This document shows positions 1 to 10,591 of a DNA stretch of 64,000 nt, one piece after another. Numbering within the stretch: the first letter of the stretch is position 1; every line of letters starts with the position of its first letter. The translations under genes were made by a program, and so were the position numbers. The DNA comes from Saprospiraceae bacterium (GTDB lineage: Bacteria; Bacteroidota; Bacteroidia; Chitinophagales; Saprospiraceae), in assembly GCA_035299145.1 (NCBI GenBank), contig DATGWZ010000023.1:681801-745800 (forward strand), written 5' to 3'. Below the pieces are notes generated by a model, which saw only the letters and a program-made list of their open reading frames with translations, was not told the origin of the DNA and searched no databases.

Positions 1-1133
1 AGTATATTCCTGCTGATTACTATTCGTTGCATTTCTGATGTTCCTTCGTATATCTGCGTAATTTTGGCATCACGCATGAGTCTTTCTACATGGTATTCTT
101 TTACAAATCCATACCCACCGTGTACTTGTACTGCTTCTACTGTATGTTTCATGGCAACTTCTGACGCAAATAACTTTGCCATTGCTGCTGCAGAGGTGTA
201 ATCCATGCCTTGATCTTTCAGCCATGCCGCTCTATAAACAAGTAATCTTGCCGCCTCTATTTCTGTAGCCATATCGGCTAGCTTGAATGCAATGGCTTGG
301 TGCTGACTGATTGGTCTTCCGAATGCTTCTCTTTCTTTAGAGTATTTTACAGCGAGTTCGTATGCTCCTGCGGCAATACCTAGTGCTTGTGCAGCTATTC
401 CTATACGTCCACCAGATAGGACTTTCATGGCAAATTTAAAACCGAATCCATCTTCACCTATTCGGTTTTCTTTTGGTACTTTTACATCATTGTACATAAT
501 GGTATGTGTATCTGATGCTCTGATACCAAGTTTATCTTCTTTTGCTCCGATGGTAACTCCTGGCCAAGATGTCTCTATGATGAGCGCATTGATACCACGA
601 TGTCCTTTGTCGGTGTGTGTCTGAGCTATGACTAGATGGACGGATGATTTACCTCCATTAGTAATCCAGTTTTTTGTACCATTCAGCAAATAATGGTCGC
701 CCATATCTATGGCAGTAGTTCTTTGACTTGTCGCATCACTACCAGCTTCTGGTTCTGAAAGACAGAAAGAACCTATCCATTCACCTGACGTAAGTTTAGG
801 TAGGTATTTCATTTTCTGTTCTTCTGTGCCATAAGTTTCTATTCCCCAGCATACAAGTGAGTTGTTTACAGAGACGATTACTGAACAAGAGCTATCTACT
901 TTACTTATTTCTTCCATGGCCAATACATAGGATAGTGTATCCATTCCGCCACCACCATAATCTGGTGCTACCATCATACCTAAAAACCCAAGCTCACCCA
1001 TCATTTTGACTTGTTCGGTAGGATACTTCATTTCTCTATCACGATCTATGACGCCCGGTAACAATTCTCGTTGCGTAAAGTCTCTTGCTGCTTCTTGTAC
1101 TGATATTTGTTCTTCTGTTAATTCAAATTCCAT
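1..1133 (-). CDS. acyl-CoA dehydrogenase (N-terminal ~377 aa; the 3' end runs off the window)
   Basis: Own translation of the minus strand from the ATG at 1133..1131 gives MEFELTEEQ...MMVAPDYGGGGMD...FCLSEPEAGSDA...GTKNWITNG...QVHGGYGF...AKITQIYEGTSEMQ. These are hallmark ACAD motifs. It is missing from the ORF track because there is no stop codon inside the window. Confidence 0.9.
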   Translation of the reverse strand, partial: MEFELTEEQISVQEAARDFTQRELLPGVIDRDREMKYPTEQVKMMGELGFLGMMVAPDYGGGGMDTLSYVLAMEEISKVDSSCSVIVSVNNSLVCWGIETYGTEEQKMKYLPKLTSGEWIGSFCLSEPEAGSDATSQRTTAIDMGDHYLLNGTKNWITNGGKSSVHLVIAQTHTDKGHRGINALIIETSWPGVTIGAKEDKLGIRASDTHTIMYNDVKVPKENRIGEDGFGFKFAMKVLSGGRIGIAAQALGIAAGAYELAVKYSKEREAFGRPISQHQAIAFKLADMATEIEAARLLVYRAAWLKDQGMDYTSAAAMAKLFASEVAMKHTVEAVQVHGGYGFVKEYHVERLMRDAKITQIYEGTSEMQRIVISRNI

Positions 1134-1274
1134 TTGGTTAAGATATATTTTGATTTAAGAATGATTAAGGTGACACAAAAGTAAGGAAAAATACAGCAAT
1201 TTGTTTAACACAAAAACTGATATTTAATACTTACTTCTAATTGTGCGTCAATTTTATCCTAAAATCTTGTGGAA

Positions 1275-2183
1275 TTAGGAATTTGGGACCTTAATGGTAT
1301 ATTCTTTGCCTGGTGAGACAGTAAGTTTGGATGAAATCAACCATGGATTATAGAACTTAAGCATTCTGTAAGTTAGCCCATTTTCATGCGCAAAATCAGT
1401 CAAACTTGGTATGCTACTTGTGATTTTGATGTCTTTTAAGTTTTGTGGTTGATACTTATGCTCATCCTCTAGGTAATAGCCGAAATCGCTTGGGTTTTTT
1501 ACAATTTCTTTGATGGCGATGATTCTAAACAAATACCTAGATGTTTCTTCGTTAATATTCAAATCGTAGTAACTTGTTTCTTTTTGTTCTGCAAGTGACC
1601 TTGCAAACGAAGTAGGTCCTACATTATATGCTCCTGCTACATTGGTCCATGTGCCAAATCTTTTGTACATTTGTTTTACGTAGGCACATGCTGCCATAGT
1701 TGACTTCTCTAGGTGGAGCCTTTCATCTACTTCATCACTTATCTCGAGACCCATCTCCATAGCAGCAGGTTTCATAAATTGCCAAAATCCTTTAGCACTA
1801 GCTGAAGAAGTCACATTTCTCAAACCACTTTCTGCTATCGCAAGGTATTTGAAATCATCTGGCACTCCTTGTTCTTTTAGAATACGTTCTACAATTGGAA
1901 AATATTTAAAAGACATTTTTATATTGAGTAAAGTAGTTGATTGCCAATAGGCATTAACGCTCAACTCTCTATCTAATCTTTCTTTTGTATCAACATTAAT
2001 AGGAACTACTTCTCCCGCAAAATCAAACTTCTTATCCAGATTTACTGCTTTTATTTGCTGTGGCAATTCAAAAAAACGGCCTAAACTAGTATCTTTTGAA
2101 GAAAAGGACACGAATATCAATAGACAAAAGATGATACCTGATAAAAATCCGAATATTGGAAATAGGTTTTTATATTTTTCCAT
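1275..2183 (-). CDS. lytic transglycosylase (SLT/GH23 domain), membrane-anchored
   Basis: N-terminal TM helix. SLT motifs AIAESGL...AKGFWQFM...AYNVG. Confidence 0.8.
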   Translation of the reverse strand: MEKYKNLFPIFGFLSGIIFCLLIFVSFSSKDTSLGRFFELPQQIKAVNLDKKFDFAGEVVPINVDTKERLDRELSVNAYWQSTTLLNIKMSFKYFPIVERILKEQGVPDDFKYLAIAESGLRNVTSSASAKGFWQFMKPAAMEMGLEISDEVDERLHLEKSTMAACAYVKQMYKRFGTWTNVAGAYNVGPTSFARSLAEQKETSYYDLNINEETSRYLFRIIAIKEIVKNPSDFGYYLEDEHKYQPQNLKDIKITSSIPSLTDFAHENGLTYRMLKFYNPWLISSKLTVSPGKEYTIKVPNS

Positions 2184-2213
2184 GACTTTTTAATTAAAAT
2201 TTGAATGGTTAGG

Positions 2214-2732
2214 TTAAAGCACTCTTGGCCTTTTAAAAATAGGCACTGTACTGCATGGTTCGCCAAACATGATGCTCTGTGCATACGGCTGCATCATGGA
2301 TGTAATATGCGCATAAGCATTGGCAGGTACAGGTCGATTGCTGCATCCTTTTATAACGACTCTTTGATCTTTATATTGCTGATAATCAATTTTTTGGAGA
2401 GCTTCTCTATAGTACATTTTTAGATATTCTTCTTCAGTGCCATTGTATACATCAGCTGCTACATTTACTAGGTGCTGGTTGATCAGCATATAAGCCCACA
2501 GTGGGATGATGGCATCTGTACTACAACCTACCAATACTATTTTTCCTTGGTATGATGACCAGTCCATAGACTTTAGCGCATCTCTAAAATCTTTTTCTTT
2601 CAAGATCAAACCATGAAAGAGATAATCTTTGATGTCAAAAGATATAAAGTCTGCTTCGGGATAGAAATCTTCCAAATTGAAAGTGATGATGCCGCTTTCT
2701 GCTACTCTATTTATTAAAGGTGTGGATTCCAC
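2214..2732 (-). CDS. conserved hypothetical protein (resembles the Bacteroidota DUF2480 family; tentative)
   Basis: Clean 172-aa ORF, tightly packed downstream of scpB. The family call is from memory only. Confidence 0.55.
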   Translation of the reverse strand: MESTPLINRVAESGIITFNLEDFYPEADFISFDIKDYLFHGLILKEKDFRDALKSMDWSSYQGKIVLVGCSTDAIIPLWAYMLINQHLVNVAADVYNGTEEEYLKMYYREALQKIDYQQYKDQRVVIKGCSNRPVPANAYAHITSMMQPYAQSIMFGEPCSTVPIFKRPRVL

Positions 2733-2746
2733 TTTTTTATTTTTTA

Positions 2747-3379
2747 CTATTCTTCTTCTACTTTGTCTAAAGAATCAAAACCACTTTTTTTATCGTTTTG
2801 TTCTTCTTCGATAGGTGCTTGTTCTCCTATTTGGTTTTCTACAGGATCGATTTCTTTAGGTTTTGGTAGGTCCTGGATACTTTTTAGTCCAAAATAATCT
2901 GTAAATTTTGCAGTTGTGCTATAAAGAAGAGGTTTTCCTGGTCCATCACTTCTTCCAGCTATTTCAATAAGATCTTTTTCAAGGAGTTTTTGGACAGTAT
3001 AGTCACTATTCACTCCTCTAATCGATTCAAGTTCAGTTTTGGTGACAGGTTGTTTATATGCAATGATGGCCAAAGTTTCTAAAGCAGATTTACTTAATTT
3101 TTTATGGGTATTTTGTTTTAAGAATGTGCCAATGGTGCCATGATAAGCTCCTTTGGTCATAAACCTGAAGCCACCGCCAATCTCAATTATCTCAAATGAA
3201 TAATCGTCGCTGCTATATTTTTCCATAAGTGTTCCTATACAATCAGCGACTTCTTCATCTTTAAATGGAGTGCCAAGACTTTCTTCCAAAGCATTTTTGA
3301 TGTCATCAAAGCTTATAGATGGATTACCTGCAAATATGAGGCTTTCGATATGTAAGGTTAATTTTTCCAATTTTATCAA
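2747..3379 (-). CDS. scpB: SMC-Scp complex subunit ScpB
   Basis: LETLAIIAYKQPVTKTELESIRGVNSDYTVQKLLEKDLIEI winged-helix repeats, with an acidic C-terminal tail. Confidence 0.85.
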   Translation of the reverse strand: MIKLEKLTLHIESLIFAGNPSISFDDIKNALEESLGTPFKDEEVADCIGTLMEKYSSDDYSFEIIEIGGGFRFMTKGAYHGTIGTFLKQNTHKKLSKSALETLAIIAYKQPVTKTELESIRGVNSDYTVQKLLEKDLIEIAGRSDGPGKPLLYSTTAKFTDYFGLKSIQDLPKPKEIDPVENQIGEQAPIEEEQNDKKSGFDSLDKVEEE

Positions 3380-3653
3380 TTATATCATTAATCCCAATAT
3401 TGATTAGTGGAGATGCTCTTACCTAAATTATCAATCTTAAATCCTTACCTAGGAATGGAAATATTAGAAGATTTGGCAATCCCAAACAACATTGAAATAC
3501 AAATATACATAAATATTTTTGTGAATGAAATTATTTTTAGGAGTTTTCCACATTTAGATTGACATATAAATGTCGATAGGCTAATAAGATCTAAACTAAA
3601 AAGAGAGTTATTAAGATAAAAGGAACAGCACAAATTACAGAATCAAAGACTAT

Positions 3654-4013
3654 CTAATTGTTTATAAAATAAAGAATGATGAATATTATAATGCAGATCG
3701 CAAGTACTAATAATACTGCAATATGAATGTGTCGTTTGGGATAACTGCTAGTTTCAAGCTTGGATATCGTCTTATTTGTGTCTTTGTTTATTAACTTGTA
3801 TAATGGCAAACCTTTTTCAAGGATAAAACTCAATTCAAATAATTCTTCACCAAGCATAAAACTGAATATTTTGTCATTTTTGACTGAAAAATCTATGCAG
3901 ATTATGGCTTGATTAGAATAAATCAAAACGTGCCCAGATTTATCCCCATGGTACATGCTCAACTCATAGTCTATTCCTACTTTGTTTTTATAGATCCAAG
4001 AGTGTTGTGCCAT
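3654..4013 (-). CDS. hypothetical protein with a C-terminal TM anchor
   Basis: 119-aa ORF with a hydrophobic C-terminus (IAVLLVLAICIIIFIILYF). No recognisable family. Confidence 0.4.
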   Translation of the reverse strand: MAQHSWIYKNKVGIDYELSMYHGDKSGHVLIYSNQAIICIDFSVKNDKIFSFMLGEELFELSFILEKGLPLYKLINKDTNKTISKLETSSYPKRHIHIAVLLVLAICIIIFIILYFINN

Positions 4014-4089
4014 ATGGTCATGATGAATTCTAAATACAATCTAATTAGACACTTAATTGCTTATCCATCAAAGAAAATTTGAACATACC

Positions 4090-5184
4090 CTAAACATCGT
4101 ATGTCAAAACTACTTTGCTTGTTTTAGGATGTGCTTGACAAGTCAGAATATACCCTGCAGCCACTTCATCATCGTCAAGTGCATAACAACTGTCCATTAC
4201 TACTTCGCCTTCAGTTACTTTTGCCATACAGGTAGAGCATGCACCACTTGTACAAGAGTAAGGTGGATCTTTCTTAATATCTACTAGGACATCAAGGATA
4301 GTTTTACCTTTGGGTACAGTCACATCAAATGTTGACCCTTTGAGTGTTACAGACACTGTTGCTTGTGTAATGACACCTGAAGCATGTTCGCTTGATGACG
4401 ATGCAGCAGTGAAGTATTCTTTGTGGATACTTTTTTTGTCTATATGTTTATTTAATAATAAGGACTCTATCTTTTCTATAAAATCACCAGGACCACAAAT
4501 GTAATATTGTTGTTCACTGTTTTTTGGCAGGTAGGTTTTTATAAAATCTTCTACAACTGTTGCTCCGATCCGTCCTTGGGCGCCTTTCCAGTCAATGGTT
4601 TTTTTCGCAAATAAACCACCAATACCTCCAGTTTTTTTCTCTAATGGTTTGCTTAATACATAAGTGACAAATAATTGGTCTTGATATTTTGAAGCCAGAG
4701 CATCTAGTGCAGACTTAAATATAATATTGTTTTCATCTCTGCTTCCATACAATAGGTAACAAGTACTTCTAGGTTCTTCTTCTAGCAAAGTTTGAATCAT
4801 GGACATCACAGGAGTGATACCACTTCCTGCTGCTACAAAGTAATGATCTCTTGATTTCAGATGGTCCGTTTTTACTACAAAATGCCCCTCAGGTGTCATT
4901 ACATCCAGCATATCTCCGACATTTGCCTTTTCATTGAGGTAAGTAGACATAAGGCCACGACTCACTTTTTTGACAGTAACTCCGATTTTTGGTAAACCTG
5001 AGACCGTGCAAATAGAATACGCCCTACGACATTCCTGACCATTTATAGTTGTTTTAAGGGTAAGATATTGCCCTGCCGTAAATTGAAATTCTGAAGCTAA
5101 ATTGCTCGGTATTTCAAAAAAAATAGTTTTGGCATCAGATGTTTCGGAGACTATTTCGTTTATTTTTAGAGAATGAAAATTCAT
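4090..5184 (-). CDS. ferredoxin-NAD(P)+ reductase-type oxidoreductase with a C-terminal 2Fe-2S ferredoxin domain (PaaE-like)
   Basis: RRAYS FAD-binding motif, GSGITP NAD-binding motif, and a C-terminal CTSGACSTC...C plant-type 2Fe-2S cysteine pattern. Confidence 0.8.
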   Translation of the reverse strand: MNFHSLKINEIVSETSDAKTIFFEIPSNLASEFQFTAGQYLTLKTTINGQECRRAYSICTVSGLPKIGVTVKKVSRGLMSTYLNEKANVGDMLDVMTPEGHFVVKTDHLKSRDHYFVAAGSGITPVMSMIQTLLEEEPRSTCYLLYGSRDENNIIFKSALDALASKYQDQLFVTYVLSKPLEKKTGGIGGLFAKKTIDWKGAQGRIGATVVEDFIKTYLPKNSEQQYYICGPGDFIEKIESLLLNKHIDKKSIHKEYFTAASSSSEHASGVITQATVSVTLKGSTFDVTVPKGKTILDVLVDIKKDPPYSCTSGACSTCMAKVTEGEVVMDSCYALDDDEVAAGYILTCQAHPKTSKVVLTYDV

Positions 5185-5352
5185 TTTTATACTTTTGTTA
5201 TTTTATTGGATATTTGCAATACTATTTGAGCGTGCGAAATTAAACATTTCTAAGCAATTGATAAGGTGTAGTGCTTCTATAAATAATATTATTAATATGC
5301 TTTTTTAATTAAATATATTGATATATAATACTTTACATAAATATTTGATTAC

Positions 5353-6072
5353 ATGTCTTTAAAACTGTCCATAATCATTCCTGCCTATAATGAAGGGAAA
5401 ACCATTCAAACAATTTTAGAAAAAGTAAGATCCGTCGAATTGATAGGACAGACGACCAAAGAAATAATTGTAGTCAACGATTGTTCAAAAGACGATACAG
5501 AAAAAAAAGTTTTTGACTATAAAGAACTTCATCCTAATATAGAAATTTCATATTATAAACATGAAGTTAATAAGGGAAAGGGTGCCGCACTGCATACAGG
5601 AATCAAGGAAGCCAAAGGCGATTTAGTAATCATACAAGATGCAGATCTTGAGTACGATCCAAATGAGTTTAACTTATTACTAAAGCCAATTTTAGATGGA
5701 TTTGCTGATGTTGTATATGGCTCTAGATTTATGGGTGGCAGACCACATAGAATATTATTTTTCTGGCATTCTATAGGAAATAAAGTATTGACAGCTTTTT
5801 CTAATATGCTCACCAATCTCAATCTTACGGATATGGAGACATGTTATAAAATGTGGAAATCAGACATCATAAAAAGTGTAAAACTAAAGGAAAATAGATT
5901 CGGTTTTGAGCCTGAAGTTACTGCTAGAATTGCCAGAATACCGAATATTAGAATCTATGAAGTAGGTATCTCGTATTACGGAAGGACATACGCGGAAGGT
6001 AAAAAAATAAATTGGAAAGACGGATTTAGAGCAATTTATTGCATTTTAAAATATAATATTTGGGCTAGGTAG
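5353..6072 (+). CDS. family 2 glycosyltransferase (polyprenol-phosphate sugar transferase-like)
   Basis: SIIIPAYNE...VVNDCSKDDT...IIQDADLEY, typical GT2 DxD architecture. Confidence 0.85.
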   Translation: MSLKLSIIIPAYNEGKTIQTILEKVRSVELIGQTTKEIIVVNDCSKDDTEKKVFDYKELHPNIEISYYKHEVNKGKGAALHTGIKEAKGDLVIIQDADLEYDPNEFNLLLKPILDGFADVVYGSRFMGGRPHRILFFWHSIGNKVLTAFSNMLTNLNLTDMETCYKMWKSDIIKSVKLKENRFGFEPEVTARIARIPNIRIYEVGISYYGRTYAEGKKINWKDGFRAIYCILKYNIWAR

Positions 6073-6163
6073 TCAACTTAGGATCAATAAGTTAAGGTAA
6101 ATTTTTTATAATACAACCAAAATATTTTTTCTATCATTAAATTGTATAAACCATAATAAATAG

Positions 6164-6934
6164 ATGATTCTAGCCATAGATATAGGAAATTCAAATATTG
6201 TGTTAGGACTCTGTCATGATGGCAAATGGAGCAATACCTTTAGATATGAAACGAAGGAAGCACAACCAGAGTTTTATTATGAGAATTCATTGAGAAATAT
6301 TCTCCTAGAATGGGGTATTTCGTCATCGGATATTATAGGCATTGTCATCAGTAGTGTTGTACCTGATTTGAATCAAAGTATCAGAGAAGCAGTTGAAAAT
6401 GTGACAGGTAAGGAACCAGTCATTTTGGGTAATGATGTTTATAAAAGTATAGATTTTCAGGTGCCTCATCCATATGAAATCGGTTCAGATATAGTTTCTA
6501 ATGCTTACGGTGCCTTGTGTTTGTATGATGACCATTGCATCATTGTAGATTTCGGCACAGCTTTGACATTTACGATTGTGGACAAAAACGAAGGAATAAA
6601 AGGTGTGTCTATCGTTCCAGGACTAAAAACAGCCATCCAATCTTTATCTACAAATACTGCATTATTACCAATTGTTCCACTAGCACTACCTTCGTCTGCT
6701 ATTGGTCATGATACTGTTTCGGCAATACAAAGTGGTGTGTTGTGGGGATATGTTGGATTGGTCACAGAACTTTTGAGAAAAATAAAATCAGAACTTCCGT
6801 ACGAGCACAAAGTCATAGCAACGGGTGGACTTTCTGATATACTACAGCCATTAGCAAACCAATTTGACCAAGTAAACAAAAATCTTACCTTAGACGGTAT
6901 GAGATTTTTGTACGAATTATACGTAAAAAAATAA
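6164..6934 (+). CDS. coaX: type III pantothenate kinase
   Basis: LAIDIGNSN phosphate-1 motif, DFGTA and ATGG motifs, 256 aa. Confidence 0.85.
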   Translation: MILAIDIGNSNIVLGLCHDGKWSNTFRYETKEAQPEFYYENSLRNILLEWGISSSDIIGIVISSVVPDLNQSIREAVENVTGKEPVILGNDVYKSIDFQVPHPYEIGSDIVSNAYGALCLYDDHCIIVDFGTALTFTIVDKNEGIKGVSIVPGLKTAIQSLSTNTALLPIVPLALPSSAIGHDTVSAIQSGVLWGYVGLVTELLRKIKSELPYEHKVIATGGLSDILQPLANQFDQVNKNLTLDGMRFLYELYVKK

Positions 6935-6945
6935 AAGACATTAGT

Positions 6946-7200
6946 ATGCTTTCAAATAATGATATCCTGAAAAAACTTCGCGTAGCTCTTCAGTTAAGAG
7001 ATGAAGATATTCTAGAGATACTAAACCTCGTGGATTTTAAAATAACAAAAGGAGCTTTAAATGATCTATTCAGAAAAGATGATCATCCTAATTATGTGGA
7101 AGCTGGCGACCAAATATTAAGAAATTTTCTGAATGGTCTCGTCATTTATAAAAGAGGAAAACCTGGTGAAGGGAAACCTGCTGAACCATCAAAAAAATAG
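6946..7200 (+). CDS. small conserved protein (DUF1456/YehS-like; tentative)
   Basis: 84-aa ORF starting MLSNNDILKKLRVALQLRDEDILEIL. The family call is from memory. Confidence 0.45.
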   Translation: MLSNNDILKKLRVALQLRDEDILEILNLVDFKITKGALNDLFRKDDHPNYVEAGDQILRNFLNGLVIYKRGKPGEGKPAEPSKK

Positions 7201-7235
7201 TGCTTTTTGATAAAATTCGTTATCAAAAAGCACTA
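7198..7235. terminator. bidirectional intrinsic terminator between convergent genes
   Basis: Perfect 16-bp inverted repeat: TAGTGCTTTTTGATAA, a 6-nt loop (AATTCG), then TTATCAAAAAGCACTA. The A/T runs inside the arms give U-tracts in both orientations. Confidence 0.6.
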
Positions 7236-7245
7236 TAACACAAAT

Positions 7246-7731
7246 TTATGCAGGCCATTTGATGGTTTCACCATCTTCTTCTACATCAGGAAGGATCTGA
7301 ATCTCGATAGCTTCACCGTCAGCAAACCATATCATAAAACCTAAATCTTCTGATTCTAAAAGCTCCAAATCTGGATTTTCATCATCTGATAGATCTTCTT
7401 CGTTTGATATCTCTATACCTTTTTCTGTAAAAAATGCAAGCACTTCTTCTTTGCTCAAACCTATCAATGATTTGCCATTTAAAGTGAAAAAAGGATCACT
7501 CACTGCGATAGACACCAATCTCCAATCGTAATCAGCATCAAAAACGATTGAAAATTCATTTTCGTCGTAATGCCATGACTCAAGTTCATCATTTACTTCT
7601 TCTTCAAAACCAGGTAAATTTTCGATTTCATCAGGTTTGCCGAGTAACTTTTTTGCTTCATCACGTGTCATACCGAATTTCAAGTCTCCAAGACCTACCC
7701 CAAATATGATTTCTTTAATTTGATTTTTCAT
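7246..7731 (-). CDS. hypothetical acidic cytoplasmic protein
   Basis: 161-aa ORF, very D/E-rich. No recognised family. Confidence 0.5.
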   Translation of the reverse strand: MKNQIKEIIFGVGLGDLKFGMTRDEAKKLLGKPDEIENLPGFEEEVNDELESWHYDENEFSIVFDADYDWRLVSIAVSDPFFTLNGKSLIGLSKEEVLAFFTEKGIEISNEEDLSDDENPDLELLESEDLGFMIWFADGEAIEIQILPDVEEDGETIKWPA

Positions 7732-7937
7732 CTACTATATTTATTTGTTTTTAATGATAATAAGTTATCAACTACTAGTTCTGAAAAAAATATTTCTAAA
7801 ATAATTTATGATCATTTTTGCCGACCATTTTATCTTAAAGTATTGATAATTATGGCACAAGGTAAGGAGATAATTATGATCAAAAATATTTTTACGTAAA
7901 AAGGTAAGATTTTATTGAAAAAACTACGATATTATTC

Positions 7938-7945
7938 TAATTTTG
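7938..7945 (+). promoter_or_regulatory. Bacteroidota sigma-A type -7 box (TAnnTTTG)
   Basis: TAATTTTG lies 18 nt upstream of the ATG at 7963. A TTG sits about 20 bp further upstream (7915-7917). Confidence 0.45.
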
Positions 7946-7962
7946 GAACAAATTAATCATTT

Positions 7963-8862
7963 ATGGCGGCATTATGGGGATTTGACCTTGGAGGTACAAA
8001 AATAGAAGGGATCATCATCGACTCGGAGACGAATCAAATTATTTCAAGGCTTAGAATTCCAACTGAAGGAGACAAAGGGTATGATCATGTAATCGTACAA
8101 ATCTGTAAATTGATCACTTTGCTAGAAACAGAAAGCGGATTAAAGCCAACAAAAATTGGTCTTGGTACACCTGGTACGATGGATCCAATTTTAAATGTCA
8201 TGAAAAACTGCAATACCACAGCACTCAATGGCAAAAACTTAAAAGCTGACTTGGAGAGTGTAGTGGGCATACCATTTAATATGAGTAATGATGCCAACTG
8301 TTTTGCGATAGCAGAAACCAAAATGGGCGTTATCAGCAAAGATATGCCTGATGCTTCTGTTGTTTTTGGAGTCATCTTAGGGACTGGAGTTGGTGGTGGT
8401 TTGGTCGTAAATGGTAAGGTGATAGGAGGTAGACAAGGTATCGGTGGCGAATGGGGACATAATTTTTTGGATGAATCTGGTGGTCAATGTTATTGTGGTA
8501 AAACTGGATGCGTAGAGACTATATTTTCTGGTCCGGCACTCGAAAGATATTATCACTCAATCAGTGGAAGCAAACAAAGACTCAAAGAAATTGTCGAAGG
8601 ATATCATTTAGGACAAGACACGTATGCTGTCGAGACGATGCAAAGACTATTTCATTATTTCGGCAAAGCAATGGCTGTAGTAATAAATATTGTGGATCCA
8701 GATGCTATTGTTATAGGTGGAGGAGTTGGTAATATTAATGAAATCTATACATTAGGAGTAGACGAAGTCAAAAAACATGTTTTTAACCATAGATTAGATA
8801 CAAAGTTTTACAAACCATTGTTGGGCGATAGTGCAGGTGTGTTTGGTGCAGCATTTTTATAG
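7963..8862 (+). CDS. ROK family sugar kinase (N-acetylglucosamine kinase-like)
   Basis: FDLGGTK ATP motif, and the ROK signature with a zinc motif, GHN...CYCGKTGCVE. Confidence 0.85.
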   Translation: MAALWGFDLGGTKIEGIIIDSETNQIISRLRIPTEGDKGYDHVIVQICKLITLLETESGLKPTKIGLGTPGTMDPILNVMKNCNTTALNGKNLKADLESVVGIPFNMSNDANCFAIAETKMGVISKDMPDASVVFGVILGTGVGGGLVVNGKVIGGRQGIGGEWGHNFLDESGGQCYCGKTGCVETIFSGPALERYYHSISGSKQRLKEIVEGYHLGQDTYAVETMQRLFHYFGKAMAVVINIVDPDAIVIGGGVGNINEIYTLGVDEVKKHVFNHRLDTKFYKPLLGDSAGVFGAAFL

Positions 8863-8961
8863 CTAAAGTTTCGTTAAAAAATCTAATTTTTTGGTTTCTA
8901 TAAAACAAGGATGGAAAGAAAACGTTATTTTTGTCACGATATAAATCAAAGATAGCAGATT

Positions 8962-9444
8962 TTGAAGACCATTTTAATAATATTGAGTTTTATGATTCCT
9001 TTAGGTTGGCCAGAAGGTCATCCTGATGAAATCTTACAATCTCAAATTATAGAATCAGTAAATAAAGTCAGAGAAAAAGGTTGTTATTGTGGTAGGAAAT
9101 ATATGCCACCTGCAGAAAAGGTCAAATGGAATGATGTACTTTATAAAAGTGCATACTCCCATGCAAACGAAATGAAGGAACACAATTTTTTTGCACATTT
9201 TTCTAAAGAAGGATTAGATATTGGGGCAAGACTGGATAGGTCGGGTTATAATTGGCTTGTAGCCGGTGAAAACTTGGGTGTGGGCCAGAAATCCTTTGAT
9301 GAAGTACTGAATGATTGGATAAAAAGCTATTCACATTGTGTCATGCTCATGAATCCTAAAGTAAACGAAATGGCTGTTGCTAAGGTTGATAAGTATTGGG
9401 TGCAGCATTTCGGCAAACAAATGCCACCGAAAAAAGGAAAATAA
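8962..9444 (+). CDS. secreted CAP/SCP (PR-1-like) domain protein
   Basis: Signal-like N-terminus. HANEM...FFAHFS...GENLG...HCVMLMNP pattern of CAP domains. TTG start as given in the ORF track; the start is uncertain. Confidence 0.65.
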   Translation: MKTILIILSFMIPLGWPEGHPDEILQSQIIESVNKVREKGCYCGRKYMPPAEKVKWNDVLYKSAYSHANEMKEHNFFAHFSKEGLDIGARLDRSGYNWLVAGENLGVGQKSFDEVLNDWIKSYSHCVMLMNPKVNEMAVAKVDKYWVQHFGKQMPPKKGK

Positions 9445-9471
9445 GCTATTATCATTTCCACTTTTCAATAT

Positions 9472-9963
9472 TTATTCAAACGATATCAGTATTTGATTTT
9501 TGTCTACGGTATTACCTTTAACGGCAGTTATGGATTTTATTACACCACTTCCAGGTGATTTTAGGATGTTTTCCATCTTCATTGCTTCTAAACTTAGCAA
9601 TTTATCACCTTCATTTACTTCTTGACCTTCTGTTACAAAAATATTTACCACCAATCCTGGCATTGGAGACTTTATTTCTTTCACAGAATGTTTTTGAGAT
9701 TTTAAGAATCCCAATTCATCTATCAATCTATCGATTTTTTCTTTTACTTTTACTTGATAATCAAAACCTGAAACATTGATGGTATATGTTTTGGTCTTTG
9801 GTTGGTAGCTTTTGACGCGTGCTTGATATTTTTTATTATTCAGCATTATGCTCCAGATATCTCCTTCTTGATGTAAGATTTGGAAATTTTTTGTGTGTAA
9901 AACTTCGTCTGTATAACTACTGAATTTATCTACTTCAAATACGGTGGTATCATTATTGTTCAT
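9472..9963 (-). CDS. biotin/lipoyl-attachment protein (biotin carboxyl carrier-like)
   Basis: C-terminal EAMKMEN biotinyl-lysine motif. Confidence 0.75.
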   Translation of the reverse strand: MNNNDTTVFEVDKFSSYTDEVLHTKNFQILHQEGDIWSIMLNNKKYQARVKSYQPKTKTYTINVSGFDYQVKVKEKIDRLIDELGFLKSQKHSVKEIKSPMPGLVVNIFVTEGQEVNEGDKLLSLEAMKMENILKSPGSGVIKSITAVKGNTVDKNQILISFE

Positions 9964-9972
9964 GGCAAATTA

Positions 9973-10359
9973 TTATGGTTTTTCGTCCGCTATTTTCAGC
10001 ATAAACGACGTCTCAAAAATAGTAAATAATACATAGATGAGCAGAAAAGGTAAGACAAATTTTCCATCTATGGGTTTAAATATTTCTCTATAGCCTAGTA
10101 ATAATACAATAGACATGACCATTCTGACGATCATATTTATTAAGGTATATGAAATAAATAATTGTTTGTTGGTACTTTTGACGCTTATTTTTAATGCTAT
10201 GAATAGTCCAATACTTAGTAAAGTAAATAAAACCACTGTCATTACACTCAGAAGAATCGTATCTGCTTGACTTTCAAAACTATGAACAAATACAAGTAAC
10301 AATACAAGACATGCTAAAAATATTAACAATTTTCTCACAAAAATAGAATACTCACTCAT
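9973..10359 (-). CDS. integral membrane protein (4 predicted TM helices)
   Basis: Hydrophobic 128-aa ORF overlapping the upstream gene by 4 nt. Confidence 0.5.
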   Translation of the reverse strand: MSEYSIFVRKLLIFLACLVLLLVFVHSFESQADTILLSVMTVVLFTLLSIGLFIALKISVKSTNKQLFISYTLINMIVRMVMSIVLLLGYREIFKPIDGKFVLPFLLIYVLFTIFETSFMLKIADEKP

Positions 10360-10580
10360 TTCGGCTTCATTAGATCTACAACCAGTTTGTACATGTATGC
10401 CCCGAATAAGAGCAACACTAATATCATAGTGGCAATAGGGACTTTAAGTCCAAAATAGGTATCTATATAGTTACCCAAATATATGCCAACAAAAATTACA
10501 AATGCTAATTGGAATGCAAGTCCAGAGTACTTCAGATAGACATTGACTTTTTTTATATTTTTTTCGTTAGGCTCTGACAT
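10356..10580 (-). CDS. AtpZ/AtpI-like small membrane protein
   Basis: 74 aa, two TM helices, YSGLAFQLAFVIFVGIYLGNYID pattern recalled from AtpZ-family proteins. Confidence 0.55.
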   Translation of the reverse strand: MSEPNEKNIKKVNVYLKYSGLAFQLAFVIFVGIYLGNYIDTYFGLKVPIATMILVLLLFGAYMYKLVVDLMKPK

Positions 10581-10591
10581 TGCTCTTTAGA

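Noticed and set aside
427-624. 65-aa plus-strand ORF inside the first kilobase
   Set aside because: It lies antisense within the clearly coding acyl-CoA dehydrogenase gene (minus strand, 1..1133). It is a shadow ORF with no motifs.
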